Assembly (NCBI GenBank): GCA_965224085.1
Contig: CBDCYI010000011.1
Location: forward strand, 64,001-128,000
Origin: Candidatus Marinacidobacterales bacterium
GTDB taxonomy: Bacteria; Acidobacteriota; Vicinamibacteria; Marinacidobacterales; SMYC01
Length of the DNA: 64,000 bases
Direction: 5' to 3'
Below are positions 39,050-48,500 of the stretch, one piece after another. The notes under the pieces were generated by a model. That model made no database searches. It was not told the DNA's origin and saw only the letters and a list, made by a program, of their open reading frames with translations. Both the position numbers and the translations under genes were made by a program. The stretch's first letter is position 1. Each line of letters opens with the position of its first letter.

Positions 39050-39306
39050 GTCGATCAGCGGGGGCGTTGGGGATGGGATATAGGATAGGCTGGCTCCATT
39101 CACCAGTTTTGGCTAATTCGGTAACCCGGACGGGCCGACTTGGCTGGGATGTTCGGCGCCTGAAGGACTTTCGGGCTCGCAGCGCTTCAAACGCCGTTTG
39201 AAGCTTGATAAGATCGAATGGCCCATCGGCTGATAACAACGTAGTCGGTAAAAGACCTGATGTCGCAACCGCGTCCACTGAACGAAAGCCGCCAGCGAGA
39301 CCCGTC

Positions 39307-39867
39307 ATGAAGGACTACGTCTTCTCTCTGAAGCCGGTTCTCACCGTCTTCGACCTTTTGCCAGGAAAACTGAAACGGAAGCTGATCAGCGTATTGAGAT
39401 TGAACGCGCGTCCATGCGACCGTCCAATCCAAGGCGCGGTGATCGTCCCCATTCAAAACCACGCCTATCTGGCGGTGTATTGGAAGGCCGTGGATTTAGG
39501 CCGAGGGCCGGGCGCCTCGTTGTACGTGCACGAGAACGAGGTTCTTCGTTTCGACTGTTTTGGAGAGGGTACCGGCCACTACCACATGAACGTCAATCAG
39601 ACCGCCCATTTTCGTGGGCGTGGTGTGGATCGGATGGTTTTTCGTGAGCGGACCGTTCAGGAGCAAATCGAACGGTCGTACTTCGAGCTGACGGTCAATT
39701 CTCGATACTTCCTAAAGCGGAACCGAAGTCGCAGGATACGACGCTTCGAGCTGGACTCGGAGAAACTCCGGGCGGCGGCCGAGCAAATGAAAGCAAAGAT
39801 GACCGAATATGGCGGAGACGGATCCCTGGGGCTGAAACCGCGAGAGCCGGAGCGGATCGAGGCCTAG
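39307..39867 (+). CDS. Hypothetical protein with an EVLRFDCF..HYH motif
   Basis: Open 186-aa frame with globular composition; the only intact ORF inside the island. Confidence 0.65.
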   Translation: MKDYVFSLKPVLTVFDLLPGKLKRKLISVLRLNARPCDRPIQGAVIVPIQNHAYLAVYWKAVDLGRGPGASLYVHENEVLRFDCFGEGTGHYHMNVNQTAHFRGRGVDRMVFRERTVQEQIERSYFELTVNSRYFLKRNRSRRIRRFELDSEKLRAAAEQMKAKMTEYGGDGSLGLKPREPERIEA

Positions 39868-40248
39868 CGCTCGCACTTCGACCTGCTAGCCTGGATACGC
39901 CATCGATTCCCGCTGCCATCAGTGGCCTCGCGCTGCAGGCACCGCTATCGTTGAGCGTCGTGCTCCCGTGCGTGAACCGCCGCGCGAACTGATCTGACTC
40001 TCGAGAACTCTCCGTCGTCGCGATGGCGTAGGCAGAACGCTCGGTCGTCTCGCATGGATCTATAAGACGATGGGCAGGGTCATCAAGACGGACGAGATCT
40101 TCGAGCGATACAACAACCAGGACGATGGGCGCCTCGCGCAAGGCGTCGAGAAGTTGGCCCGGCTTCCACGAGAACGAGACCGTACAAGTCGGGAAGGGCC
40201 AGGTTAGACTGATGAAAAGAGGATTCCGCGAATGATTTGCTACGAATG

Positions 40249-40336
40249 TGGTGCCGGAGGAGGGACTCGAACCCTCACAGCCGCGAGGACCGCGGGATTT
40301 TGAATCCCGTGCGTCTACCAATTCCGCCACTCCGGC
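40249..40336 (-). tRNA. tRNA-Leu(CAA)
   Basis: GCCGGAG acceptor stem, GGTAGACGC D-arm, CGGGA-TTCAAAA-TCCCG anticodon arm, long variable arm, GGTTCGAGTCC, encoded CCA. Confidence 0.97.
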
Positions 40337-40681
40337 AAGTTAGGCACGTGCCTGAGCGGGCAGGCTCGTTGCCGAAACGAAATCGCAGTGTAACATGGGG
40401 GAGCGCGGCCGAAGGCCCTTTCCGCTTCTTGTGCCGGAAACCGTGTATATGTAACGCGTTGGCGTGATCGTCGGCGAATGGCAGAATCGTAGCTGGGGTG
40501 CGGTTCGCCCCCGATACCGTTCTACCTCCTTTAATAAGGGCCTCGTGGAGTTGAAATCGCGGCTTGTTAGGCGCTCACTCGTATGGGCTAATATACATCG
40601 AGTTAACGACGTTTGGCATCGAAACGATCGCCCCCTAAACTCCTGTCGGTTCATTATTTAATAGCTTTGTCCCTCAAATCA

Positions 40682-40690
40682 TGGTATAAT
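40682..40690 (+). promoter_or_regulatory. Extended -10 promoter (TGgTATAAT) of the carD-like gene
   Basis: Consensus extended -10 in an AT-rich patch 36 nt before the ATG; GAGGTG RBS. Confidence 0.6.
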
Positions 40691-40726
40691 TTTTAGTGCT
40701 CATTTATTTTGGAAAGCGAGGTGTAA

Positions 40727-41401
40727 ATGGCCTTTCAAGTTGGGGATAAAGTCGTTTATCCCAATCATGGCATTGGAGTTGTCGAGGATATTCAGTCGGA
40801 TCGGGTCGAGCTGTCCGAGCACCGGTTTTATAAGTTACGCATCCTGGCGAACTCCACCGTCGTGAAGGTTCCCATCGCGAACGTCGACGGGGTCGGCGTA
40901 CGCCGGGTAATCTCGAACAAAGACGTTGCGCGGATCTTCGACCTTCTCGAGAATCGGAAGATCGAGACCCACGCGAACTGGAAGGGACGTTATAAGGATA
41001 ATTCAGATAAGATGCGCAGCGGCTCGATTTATGACGTCGCTGGCGTACTCAAAGACCTTTCCTTCTTGAGCAAAAAGAAAAGCCTCTCTTTCCGTGAGAA
41101 ACGCATGCTCGACCGGGCGCGGTTTCTCATCGTGAGTGAGGTCGCGGAAGTTGCTGCCGAGCCCAATGACCTTGTCGAGCAGAAGATCGACATCGCTCTC
41201 TCACGAGGCATGGAGACCAAAAAGAAAGGCCGTACGAGCCTCAAAACGCTCCTCAAGAAGACCACTATGGCCGCGATGGCAGATAATGGCCGTAGTGAGG
41301 GCGTTGCTCGCAAGCCTCGTTCCCGCGCCTCCACAAAAATCAAGCAAGGCAAAGGACGAAAACAGCCGATCTCTATTTCGATCAACCGCTACTGCTGCTA
41401 G
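40727..41401 (+). CDS. carD: CarD/CdnL-family RNA polymerase-binding regulator with a basic C-terminal tail
   Basis: FQVGDKVVYPNHGIG, VGVRRVI, NWKGRY, LSFREKRMLDRAR. Confidence 0.92.
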   Translation: MAFQVGDKVVYPNHGIGVVEDIQSDRVELSEHRFYKLRILANSTVVKVPIANVDGVGVRRVISNKDVARIFDLLENRKIETHANWKGRYKDNSDKMRSGSIYDVAGVLKDLSFLSKKKSLSFREKRMLDRARFLIVSEVAEVAAEPNDLVEQKIDIALSRGMETKKKGRTSLKTLLKKTTMAAMADNGRSEGVARKPRSRASTKIKQGKGRKQPISISINRYCC

Positions 41402-41467
41402 AAGCCACGGCTGGTTCTGATACCATCGTAGCCCCTCCCGCCTTTGGGCTGGAGGGGCTTTCCTTTT

Positions 41468-42187
41468 ATGCTGACGAGTCTTTTGCTTCTGGTGGTGTTG
41501 CCCGTCTATACGTTTCTCGCTGGGCTCGTCGGCATCCCGTACACGTTGCTCACCCGCGACTCCCGTCCACTCTACTGGCTCGGGCGGTTTGGCGTACGCA
41601 TCGGGTTCCTCCTCGCGCGCATCCGCATCGTGGTGCATGGCCGCGAGCGGCTAGGAGATGCACCGCACTTCATCTACATGATGAACCACAATTCCAATCT
41701 CGATGCGCCGGCTGTATGGCTGTGCCTGCCGGGGGAAGTACGGGCTCTCGGGAAGATGGAGTTGTTCAAGCTCCCTGTGCTCGCGGCGGCGATGCGTCTC
41801 GGAGGCTTCGTGCCGGTGGACCGCACCAATCGAGAGCGCGCCATCGCGAGCGTGCGCCATGCAGGTCGTCTCGCGGCCGAAGGCGCTTCGTTTCTCATCG
41901 CGCCTGAGGGGACGCGCAGCCGCACTGGGAAGCTTCTACCCTTCAAGAAGGGAGGCTTCCATATGGCGACGGAGTCAGGCGTGTCGATACTCCCGATTAC
42001 CGTGGTGGGCGCTTTCGAGCTCATGCCTCCGGGAAGCAGCCGGATCCGGTCCGGAACGATAGAGATCTTTTTCCAGGAGCCGATCGAGACCGACGGGCTC
42101 GGCGCGAGCGATCGCGCGCGTTTGATGAAGCGCGTTCGCGCGTCCATGGAAGAGCGGCTCGCGCTCGAAGCTCCGGAGCTACCCTAG
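41468..42187 (+). CDS. plsC: 1-acyl-sn-glycerol-3-phosphate acyltransferase (PlsC family)
   Basis: NHNSNLD (HX4D), VDR, PEGTRS, PFKKG. Confidence 0.88.
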   Translation: MLTSLLLLVVLPVYTFLAGLVGIPYTLLTRDSRPLYWLGRFGVRIGFLLARIRIVVHGRERLGDAPHFIYMMNHNSNLDAPAVWLCLPGEVRALGKMELFKLPVLAAAMRLGGFVPVDRTNRERAIASVRHAGRLAAEGASFLIAPEGTRSRTGKLLPFKKGGFHMATESGVSILPITVVGAFELMPPGSSRIRSGTIEIFFQEPIETDGLGASDRARLMKRVRASMEERLALEAPELP

Positions 42188-42343
42188 CTTTCCCGCGAAC
42201 CAAGTGGCTACCGGCTTGAAGCTACCCGCGTCCCTATGCCTCTGCTGCAGCTTCCGTGAAGTTGACGGATTAGAGGCTAAGCCGTTTTGTGTCAACGTCA
42301 TAGCCCCGGTGCCCGTTGACAGGCTACACTTGGAGTTGCTAGC

Positions 42344-43065
42344 ATGGATCGACGTATATCTGTCGCCAAAACACGAAGAGTTCGCATCGATCTTGAAAGA
42401 AACACAGCTTCGAAGCGCTTTGTCGCGGGCCGGCCGATACAGAGTTTCGCAGCCCGCTAGCTCTTTTCGATGTTGCCCGAAAGGCTGACCTTCTTTTCGA
42501 ACTCGATCATCTGTGCCGCCGCAAGGCCCTCGAGGGCGCGGGCGGAAGGGCGCAGCTCTCGCGCGACTACAAGCTGTTCATCAACACGCTGCCTTTTTCG
42601 ATCCGAGACCCGCGCTTCCAGGGAAAGGACCTCATCGATCTCTTCGACGGGATCAATCTCGCGCCCGAACAAATCGTGCTCGAGGTCACCGAGTCCGACG
42701 CCATCGACAATTTCCCGCTCTTCGTGAACGCGATGAAAGACTTCATGGATCTCCGATGTCTCGTCGCTATCGACGATATGGGAGCAGGCTATTCGGGGCT
42801 CGATAAGATCGTCCATTTACGGCCCAACTACGTGAAGCTCGATATGGGCCTCGTGCGCGACATCCACACGAGCTTCGTGAAACAGTAGCTCGTGCAGACG
42901 TTCAAAACACTCGCGGACAAAATCGACGCCAAGCTTGTCGCTGAGGGTATCGAGCAACCCCGAGAGCTCGAAGTCGTCCGCCAACTGGGTGTGAACTTCA
43001 TCCAAGGCAACTTGCTCGCCAAGCCGTCCCAGGCTTTCCAGACCACCCCCAATTTCAAGCTGTGA
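42344..43065 (+). pseudogene. EAL-domain phosphodiesterase pseudogene
   Basis: LFIN, IVLEVTE, AIDDMGAGYS, VKLD, VAEGIE, QG.LLAKP; in-frame TAG at 42886, frameshifts and deletions. Confidence 0.85.
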
Positions 43066-43281
43066 AAGGCGTTCCGCGCCGCTAAGGTTCCGAGATCTAG
43101 TATATTCGTGTTTTATTCGTCTGACATGGCTGTTAGCTATAGTCGCTAAAATTGGACCATAGATTGCCGATGTACACGTCTGTTTCGACTAACTGTAAGT
43201 CGAGATTAACCGATCTGGCGCGATTGTCTTGACACTACGGCGTTTCTTCTTTATCCTTGATCGTATTGGAAAGGAGAACAC

Positions 43282-44670
43282 ATGGCGACGACCCTTGATG
43301 CAAGACTTGGCTATGAACCGAAAAGGACGTGGACACAATCCGAGATCCTGAGCGCCACGAAGGAACAGGACATCCGATTCCTTCGACTCCAGTTCACGGA
43401 CATCGTGGGCGTGAACAAAAACGTCGAGGTCCCCGCGCACCAGTTCGAAAAGGCGCTGGACGGGCAAATTATGTTCGACGGATCGTCCATCGACGGATTC
43501 GTCCGCATCGAGGAATCCGACATGGTCCTCGTGCCCGATTTGAACACGTTCCGCGTGATGCCGTTCACGCAGTCCAATGGACACGGCAGCGAGCCCGACA
43601 AGGTCGCTCGGATCATCTGCGACATCTATCATCCTGACGGAAGAGCGTTCGAGGGATGCCCGCGCCTCGCGCTCAAACGTGTAACAGCCGAGGCCAATGA
43701 GCTCGGTTACACCTTGATGGCCGGCCCCGAAGCCGAGTTCTTCCTGTTTCAACAAGGTCCCGATGGCCGCCCATCGACGGGCTCAGCGGACCGAGGCGGC
43801 TATTTCGACCTCACGCCGGTGGATCACGGCGAGGTGGCGCGGCGCGACATCGTGAACGCGCTCGAAGCAATGGGATTCGAGGTCGAAGCGGCGCATCACG
43901 AAGTCGCGCCGGCGCAGCACGAGATCGACTTCCGCTACGAGGATGCGGTCACGACGGCGGACAACGTCGCGACGTTCCGCTTCATCGTGCGCCACGTGGC
44001 GATGCAGCACGGACTCCACGCGACCTTCATGCCAAAGCCTGTTTTCGGTATCAACGGCTCGGGGATGCACACGCATCAGTCGCTGTTCGAGGGCGACGAG
44101 AACGCGTTCTTCGATCCGGATGCCGAATATCAGCTTTCAGAGGTGGCGCTTCACTATATCGGTGGCATCCTGCGTCACGCGCGGGGCTTTTGCGCCATCA
44201 CGAACCCGCTCGTCAACTCCTACAAGCGGCTCGTTCCCGGCTATGAAGCGCCGACCAACGTCGCCTGGTCGATGAAGAACCGGAGCCCGCTCGTACGTGT
44301 CCCCGATAGACGCGGCAAGGGCACGCGATGCGAAGTTCGGATGCCGGATCCGTCGGCTAACGCTTACCTCGCGCTCGCGGTGATGTTGAAGGCAGGTCTC
44401 GCTGGGATCAAAGAACGCATCGACCCGGGCCCTCCCGTCAACAAGAACATCTACTCGATGAGCCAACGCGAGAAGAGTCGTCTCAAAATCGCCGAGCTCC
44501 CTGGCGACCTCCGTGAAGCCGTCGACGCTCTTCAGAAGGACAAGGTGGTGCAATCCGCGCTCACGCCGCACATCCTGTCCCACTTCATCGAAGCGAAACG
44601 CGCCGAATGGCACGACTACATCGCCCAAGTTCACCAGTGGGAAGTGGATAGATATCTTTCCGTCTATTGA
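43282..44670 (+). CDS. glnA: Glutamine synthetase type I
   Basis: LQFTD, FDGSSI, HHEVAPAQHEIDF, ATFMPKP..GINGSGMH, NSYKRLVPGYEAP. Confidence 0.96.
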   Translation: MATTLDARLGYEPKRTWTQSEILSATKEQDIRFLRLQFTDIVGVNKNVEVPAHQFEKALDGQIMFDGSSIDGFVRIEESDMVLVPDLNTFRVMPFTQSNGHGSEPDKVARIICDIYHPDGRAFEGCPRLALKRVTAEANELGYTLMAGPEAEFFLFQQGPDGRPSTGSADRGGYFDLTPVDHGEVARRDIVNALEAMGFEVEAAHHEVAPAQHEIDFRYEDAVTTADNVATFRFIVRHVAMQHGLHATFMPKPVFGINGSGMHTHQSLFEGDENAFFDPDAEYQLSEVALHYIGGILRHARGFCAITNPLVNSYKRLVPGYEAPTNVAWSMKNRSPLVRVPDRRGKGTRCEVRMPDPSANAYLALAVMLKAGLAGIKERIDPGPPVNKNIYSMSQREKSRLKIAELPGDLREAVDALQKDKVVQSALTPHILSHFIEAKRAEWHDYIAQVHQWEVDRYLSVY

Positions 44671-44715
44671 CGGTTCCGGCATTCAGGCTCGGGTGCCACA
44701 TCCTGAATCGAGAAA

Positions 44716-44779
44716 TCAATCCATTTCCGCCGTTACAAATCGCAGCTCGCCGTTGCGCTCGACCAGGAGCACCAGTGGG
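44716..44779 (-). pseudogene. Possible C-terminal PDZ remnant of a DegP-like gene cut by the IS
   Basis: PLVLLVERNGELRFVTAEMD*. Confidence 0.35.
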
Positions 44780-45868
44780 TTGCCTTGGTGCACAACTCCG
44801 ATAGAGGCCGAGAGCTCGCTTGGCCCCGACTCCCATCATCCGATCATCTCGCTATCAGGCATCCCGAGCGCCGTCATGGTGTTGAGAATCTTGCACCCGA
44901 TCCTTGCCTCGACTCTCTGTGCCGCCAACCCTCTCGCTCGCATCGCTGAGCCCACGATAGCCTTGTAGCGATGGAACGTTGTCTCGACTTTGCTCCGTTT
45001 GCTGTAGCCCGATTCTGTGTGCCACTTTCGTTTGCCGAGCCGAGCTTGTGCTGCAATGTTGCGATTGCGCTGTCGGCTGCTCGCCGGCCCCGATGCGAGC
45101 AGGGCGCCCTTGCGCGGCGGTATCAGCACCCTCGGCGAGCGATGAGCGCTGTGATTCTCGATTGCCTCATAGACGCCGCTGGCGTCGTATGCGGTGTCAG
45201 CTCTGGCCGATGAGATGGGACTGTCGCTCTGTCTGACAAGCGATGCAACCCGCGATGAATCGCGGGCTCTTTTGCTCGTCAGCTCGCAGGCGACGACTTC
45301 GCCAGTCTGCTCGTCGACACACAGATGGAGCTTGCGATAGTCCCTGCTATTTGGTGCTCTGCGCAGCTGGCCGGCGTGGACAGCGAGACCGCTGCTGTCG
45401 ATCAAGATGTGCAACGGCGTCTTCTGCTTGTCTTGGTAGAAGGGGACCTTACCCAGCTTCGCCTTGCGCCTCGAGATCGTGGTGTGATCGGGCACATCAT
45501 TGTCTAGCTTCATCAGAGCGAACAACGATCGCAGCAATCCCTCGCTCTGTCTAGATGACAGATGAAACACCATGCCCAGGGTGACAGCCGTCTCGATGGC
45601 GTGGTTCGAGTACTTGCGTTGACGGCCCGGTTTCCTCCTCCTTGGCCGGGGCGCGTCCCAGTTCACAAGCTTGCCGGCGGTGAGCGAGATCCAGACGGTC
45701 AGGCTCCCGCGGTTGCGTAGACCCGCCTCATATTCACGCCAATTCCTCACGCGATAGGCCTTCTTCACATACTTCCGCTGAGTGCGTTTGAAAATGCTCA
45801 TGGGGAACCTCGAATCCGTGAGTAAAGGACAATTGTGGACCGAGATCGCGAGTTGTGCACCAAGGCAA
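44780..45868 (-). mobile_element. IS5-family (IS903 group) element
   Basis: Perfect 19-bp IR TTGCCTTGGTGCACAACTC (44780-44798 and 45850-45868); no target duplication. Confidence 0.9.
44836..45801 (-). CDS. IS5/IS903-group transposase
   Basis: YRVRNWREYEAGLRNRGSLTVW, PDHTTISRR, IDSSG, RKLHL, ADTAYD, GYSKRSKVET. Confidence 0.93.
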   Translation of the reverse strand: MSIFKRTQRKYVKKAYRVRNWREYEAGLRNRGSLTVWISLTAGKLVNWDAPRPRRRKPGRQRKYSNHAIETAVTLGMVFHLSSRQSEGLLRSLFALMKLDNDVPDHTTISRRKAKLGKVPFYQDKQKTPLHILIDSSGLAVHAGQLRRAPNSRDYRKLHLCVDEQTGEVVACELTSKRARDSSRVASLVRQSDSPISSARADTAYDASGVYEAIENHSAHRSPRVLIPPRKGALLASGPASSRQRNRNIAAQARLGKRKWHTESGYSKRSKVETTFHRYKAIVGSAMRARGLAAQRVEARIGCKILNTMTALGMPDSEMIG

Positions 45869-45951
45869 ATAAACGTCACCGTGTCTGAGGTCTTTGGCCC
45901 CGTGAATAGCACCTTTTCCAGGTTCTGCATACACCGTGCAGAATCACCTAT

Positions 45952-46048
45952 GTGGCGGCGAGCGGGTGCCCCAGCACGAGCTTCTCGCCTGCGCCCAGTG
46001 CGGCTGTTTCGCGTTTTCGTGCTTCGAAGATTTTGCGATTAGGGTTAA
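45952..46048 (-). repeat. 97-bp dispersed repeat, copy 2
   Basis: Reverse complement of 3993-4089. Confidence 0.9.
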
Positions 46049-46170
46049 CTTAATCGATATAAGCAACAGCTATGCCAGTGGTCAATGCGAAAAAATTATC
46101 GGGCAAGCGCTTGCCCAAAACGGTCGTCGGAATGAGGTAATAATTTCCACCAAAGTCCATTATCCTACTA
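46045..46170 (+). pseudogene. Aldo/keto reductase internal remnant
   Basis: NLIDISNSYASGQCEKIIGQAL..RRNEVIISTKV. Confidence 0.7.
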
Positions 46171-46194
46171 AGATCGTACGCTTAAGGGATAGAT

Positions 46195-48378
46195 ATGCAG
46201 AAACTCAGGAGTTGGTCTAGTGAATATTCACATATATTGCTGATCAGCATTTTTATTCTTTTTACTGAACTGTTTCTGATCCGCTGGATCTCAACTGAAA
46301 TAAGAATTTTTGCCTACGTTAACAATCTCGTACTATTGGCCTGTTTTGTGGGACTGGGATTGGGTTCCTTGTTGGACAAAAGGTTTGGAAACCTGCTTTG
46401 TTCGGTTATCTCCATTTTTCTGCTGGCTCTGGCAAGCACGTCAAACCACTTTCTCAACATAACAGAACAGATCGGTAGCTTTTCGGATCAGCTGATTTGG
46501 TACCTGGACGATCAACCCATCAATTGGATCCAGCCTGTGCGTGGAATACTTTCAACATTGCTGCTTTTTGCATTTATCGTTGCTGTGTTCATACCTCCGG
46601 GGCAGATTCTGGCCCGACTCCTTTCAAGTGCAAAAAATATTACACTCGGATATTCAGTCAATATCTTTGGAAGTATTGTGGGTATCTGGCTGTTTTCAAC
46701 GATTTCCTTTTTGTTCCTGCCACCGGCAGTCTGGCTGGCACTTTCCCTGATATTGTCCTGGAAGTTTATCCAACCCATCAAGTGGGAACGGACTGTGTTT
46801 TTCTGCTCCTCTTTGATTACTGTTTTTTTATTGCTGCCCCATACTTCTTCACTTCAGATCTGGTCTCCTTATCAAAAGCTGGATATGCAGCCCGCACAGA
46901 TCAGAAATACAAATATTACTAACGGATATATTATTAATGTTAACAATGTCGGATACCAGAAACTGATTGATTTATCGGATCGATTTTTTGAAAAGTATGC
47001 AACTCCAGAAATCAATTCTGTAAAACATCTTAACCAGTATGAGCTTCCTTATCTGATCAAAGGGGACGTAAAAGATGCCTTGATTGTGGGAGCAGGTGCC
47101 GGCAATGGTCCTGCAGGTGCCATTCGTCAGGGAGTGGAAAGAATTGACGCAGTGGAGATTGACCCCGGCATATACGAACTGGGAACCCGCTATCACCCGG
47201 AAAGTCCCTACGATAGTGAACGAGTTAGAGTTCACATCGACGATGCAAGATCCTTTTTCAAGAAAAGCAGGCAAAAGTATGACGTGGTAAGTTTTGGACT
47301 TCTCGATGCACATTCCACCGCTTCCAGTTTTAACAACATCCGACTTGATCATTATGTCTACACGGAGGAAAGCATTCAGGATGCAAGAAAACTGCTGAAA
47401 CCCGACGGGATCTTAACCTTGATTTTTGCCCCTCATGGGAGGGGGTGGCTGATCGGCCGGCTTCATAACATCATCGAGAAGGTTTTTGGGCACTCTCCCC
47501 TGGTGTTTGAGGTCCCAACGGTTCCCTATTCGGGTTGGGGCGGGAGCATGTTTGTTGTAAGCAATGATGGCACAGACCCCAGGCTCCTGATTGAAAAAAG
47601 GCCTGACGTTAAGAGTTACATCTCACCTAAAATCTTCTCTGCTAAGCAAGAAAGTGACATAAGAAACGCTACTGATGACTGGCCTTATTTGTATCTGGTG
47701 AAAAACAGAATTCCTAAAATGCACCTATTGATCACTTTTTGCCTTCTGATCTTACTGGTGCCAACCAGGAAAATTCTCACAATCACCAAAAAATCCTTTG
47801 ATTTTCATTTTTTCTTTTTGGGAGCAGGGTTCTTGCTTTTGGAGTTCCAGAACATAAGCAAAGCCTCATTGTTTTTTGGTTCCACTTGGCTGGTGAATGC
47901 CTATATGTTTAGTGCCATCTTAGGTTTAATTTTGCTTGCCAATTGGGCCAGTTATTTGGGATTGAGCAAACATATTGGAATAGTTTACTGCCTTCAGTGG
48001 ATTTGTATACTCGCGCTCTTTCTGCTTCCTCTCGATACTTTTAGAGGTATGGGGCACCTTTTTAATGCGACCGTGCTTTCAACCCTGTTAAATATACCCG
48101 TTTTTTTTGCGGGGCTTATATTTATGCACTCTTTTGTCAGAGTGAAGGATAAGCCGCTCGCGCTAGGTTCCAATCTTCTGGGAGCTTGTGTTGGTGGATT
48201 GCTTGAATCGGCTTCTTTTGTGGTGGGAATCAAGGCTCTGTTGCTATTTGTACTGGCCTTTTATGTTCTCGCTTATTTCAGTTTTAATAGATCAGGACTT
48301 GCCCGGGCCCCGGTGCGTCAAGCCTCAATTTTCCTGTCAAATCTCTGCATGGTTCCCCGAACTCGGTTAGGCTGCTGA
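46195..48378 (+). CDS. Polytopic membrane protein with a central spermidine-synthase-like SAM-binding domain; low GC
   Basis: N- and C-terminal TM bundles; WSPYQK, LIVGAGAGN, AVEID, DDARSF, KYDVV, ATDDWPYLY. Confidence 0.82.
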   Translation: MQKLRSWSSEYSHILLISIFILFTELFLIRWISTEIRIFAYVNNLVLLACFVGLGLGSLLDKRFGNLLCSVISIFLLALASTSNHFLNITEQIGSFSDQLIWYLDDQPINWIQPVRGILSTLLLFAFIVAVFIPPGQILARLLSSAKNITLGYSVNIFGSIVGIWLFSTISFLFLPPAVWLALSLILSWKFIQPIKWERTVFFCSSLITVFLLLPHTSSLQIWSPYQKLDMQPAQIRNTNITNGYIINVNNVGYQKLIDLSDRFFEKYATPEINSVKHLNQYELPYLIKGDVKDALIVGAGAGNGPAGAIRQGVERIDAVEIDPGIYELGTRYHPESPYDSERVRVHIDDARSFFKKSRQKYDVVSFGLLDAHSTASSFNNIRLDHYVYTEESIQDARKLLKPDGILTLIFAPHGRGWLIGRLHNIIEKVFGHSPLVFEVPTVPYSGWGGSMFVVSNDGTDPRLLIEKRPDVKSYISPKIFSAKQESDIRNATDDWPYLYLVKNRIPKMHLLITFCLLILLVPTRKILTITKKSFDFHFFFLGAGFLLLEFQNISKASLFFGSTWLVNAYMFSAILGLILLANWASYLGLSKHIGIVYCLQWICILALFLLPLDTFRGMGHLFNATVLSTLLNIPVFFAGLIFMHSFVRVKDKPLALGSNLLGACVGGLLESASFVVGIKALLLFVLAFYVLAYFSFNRSGLARAPVRQASIFLSNLCMVPRTRLGC

Positions 48379-48500
48379 CTCCGAGGGCCACCATCTACTA
48401 CTACCTGGGGACGCAGTAACCGTCCCGGCGCGCCACTTGTATCCACGGGCCTATCCGCGCCCTCGCGACGAACCGTGGTAAGAAATGCGGGCTAACGGCC

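Larger units (their letters stand above)
38445..40248. mobile_element. Collapsed tRNA-Leu-integrated island, no integrase left
   Basis: Bounded by tRNA-Leu and its duplicated 3' half; short direct repeat CGTACAA x2 near 38619-38637. Confidence 0.7.

Noticed and set aside
43100-43215. GlnR/TnrA box upstream of glnA
   Set aside because: The candidate half-sites have the wrong spacing or mismatches relative to TGTNA-N7-TNACA.
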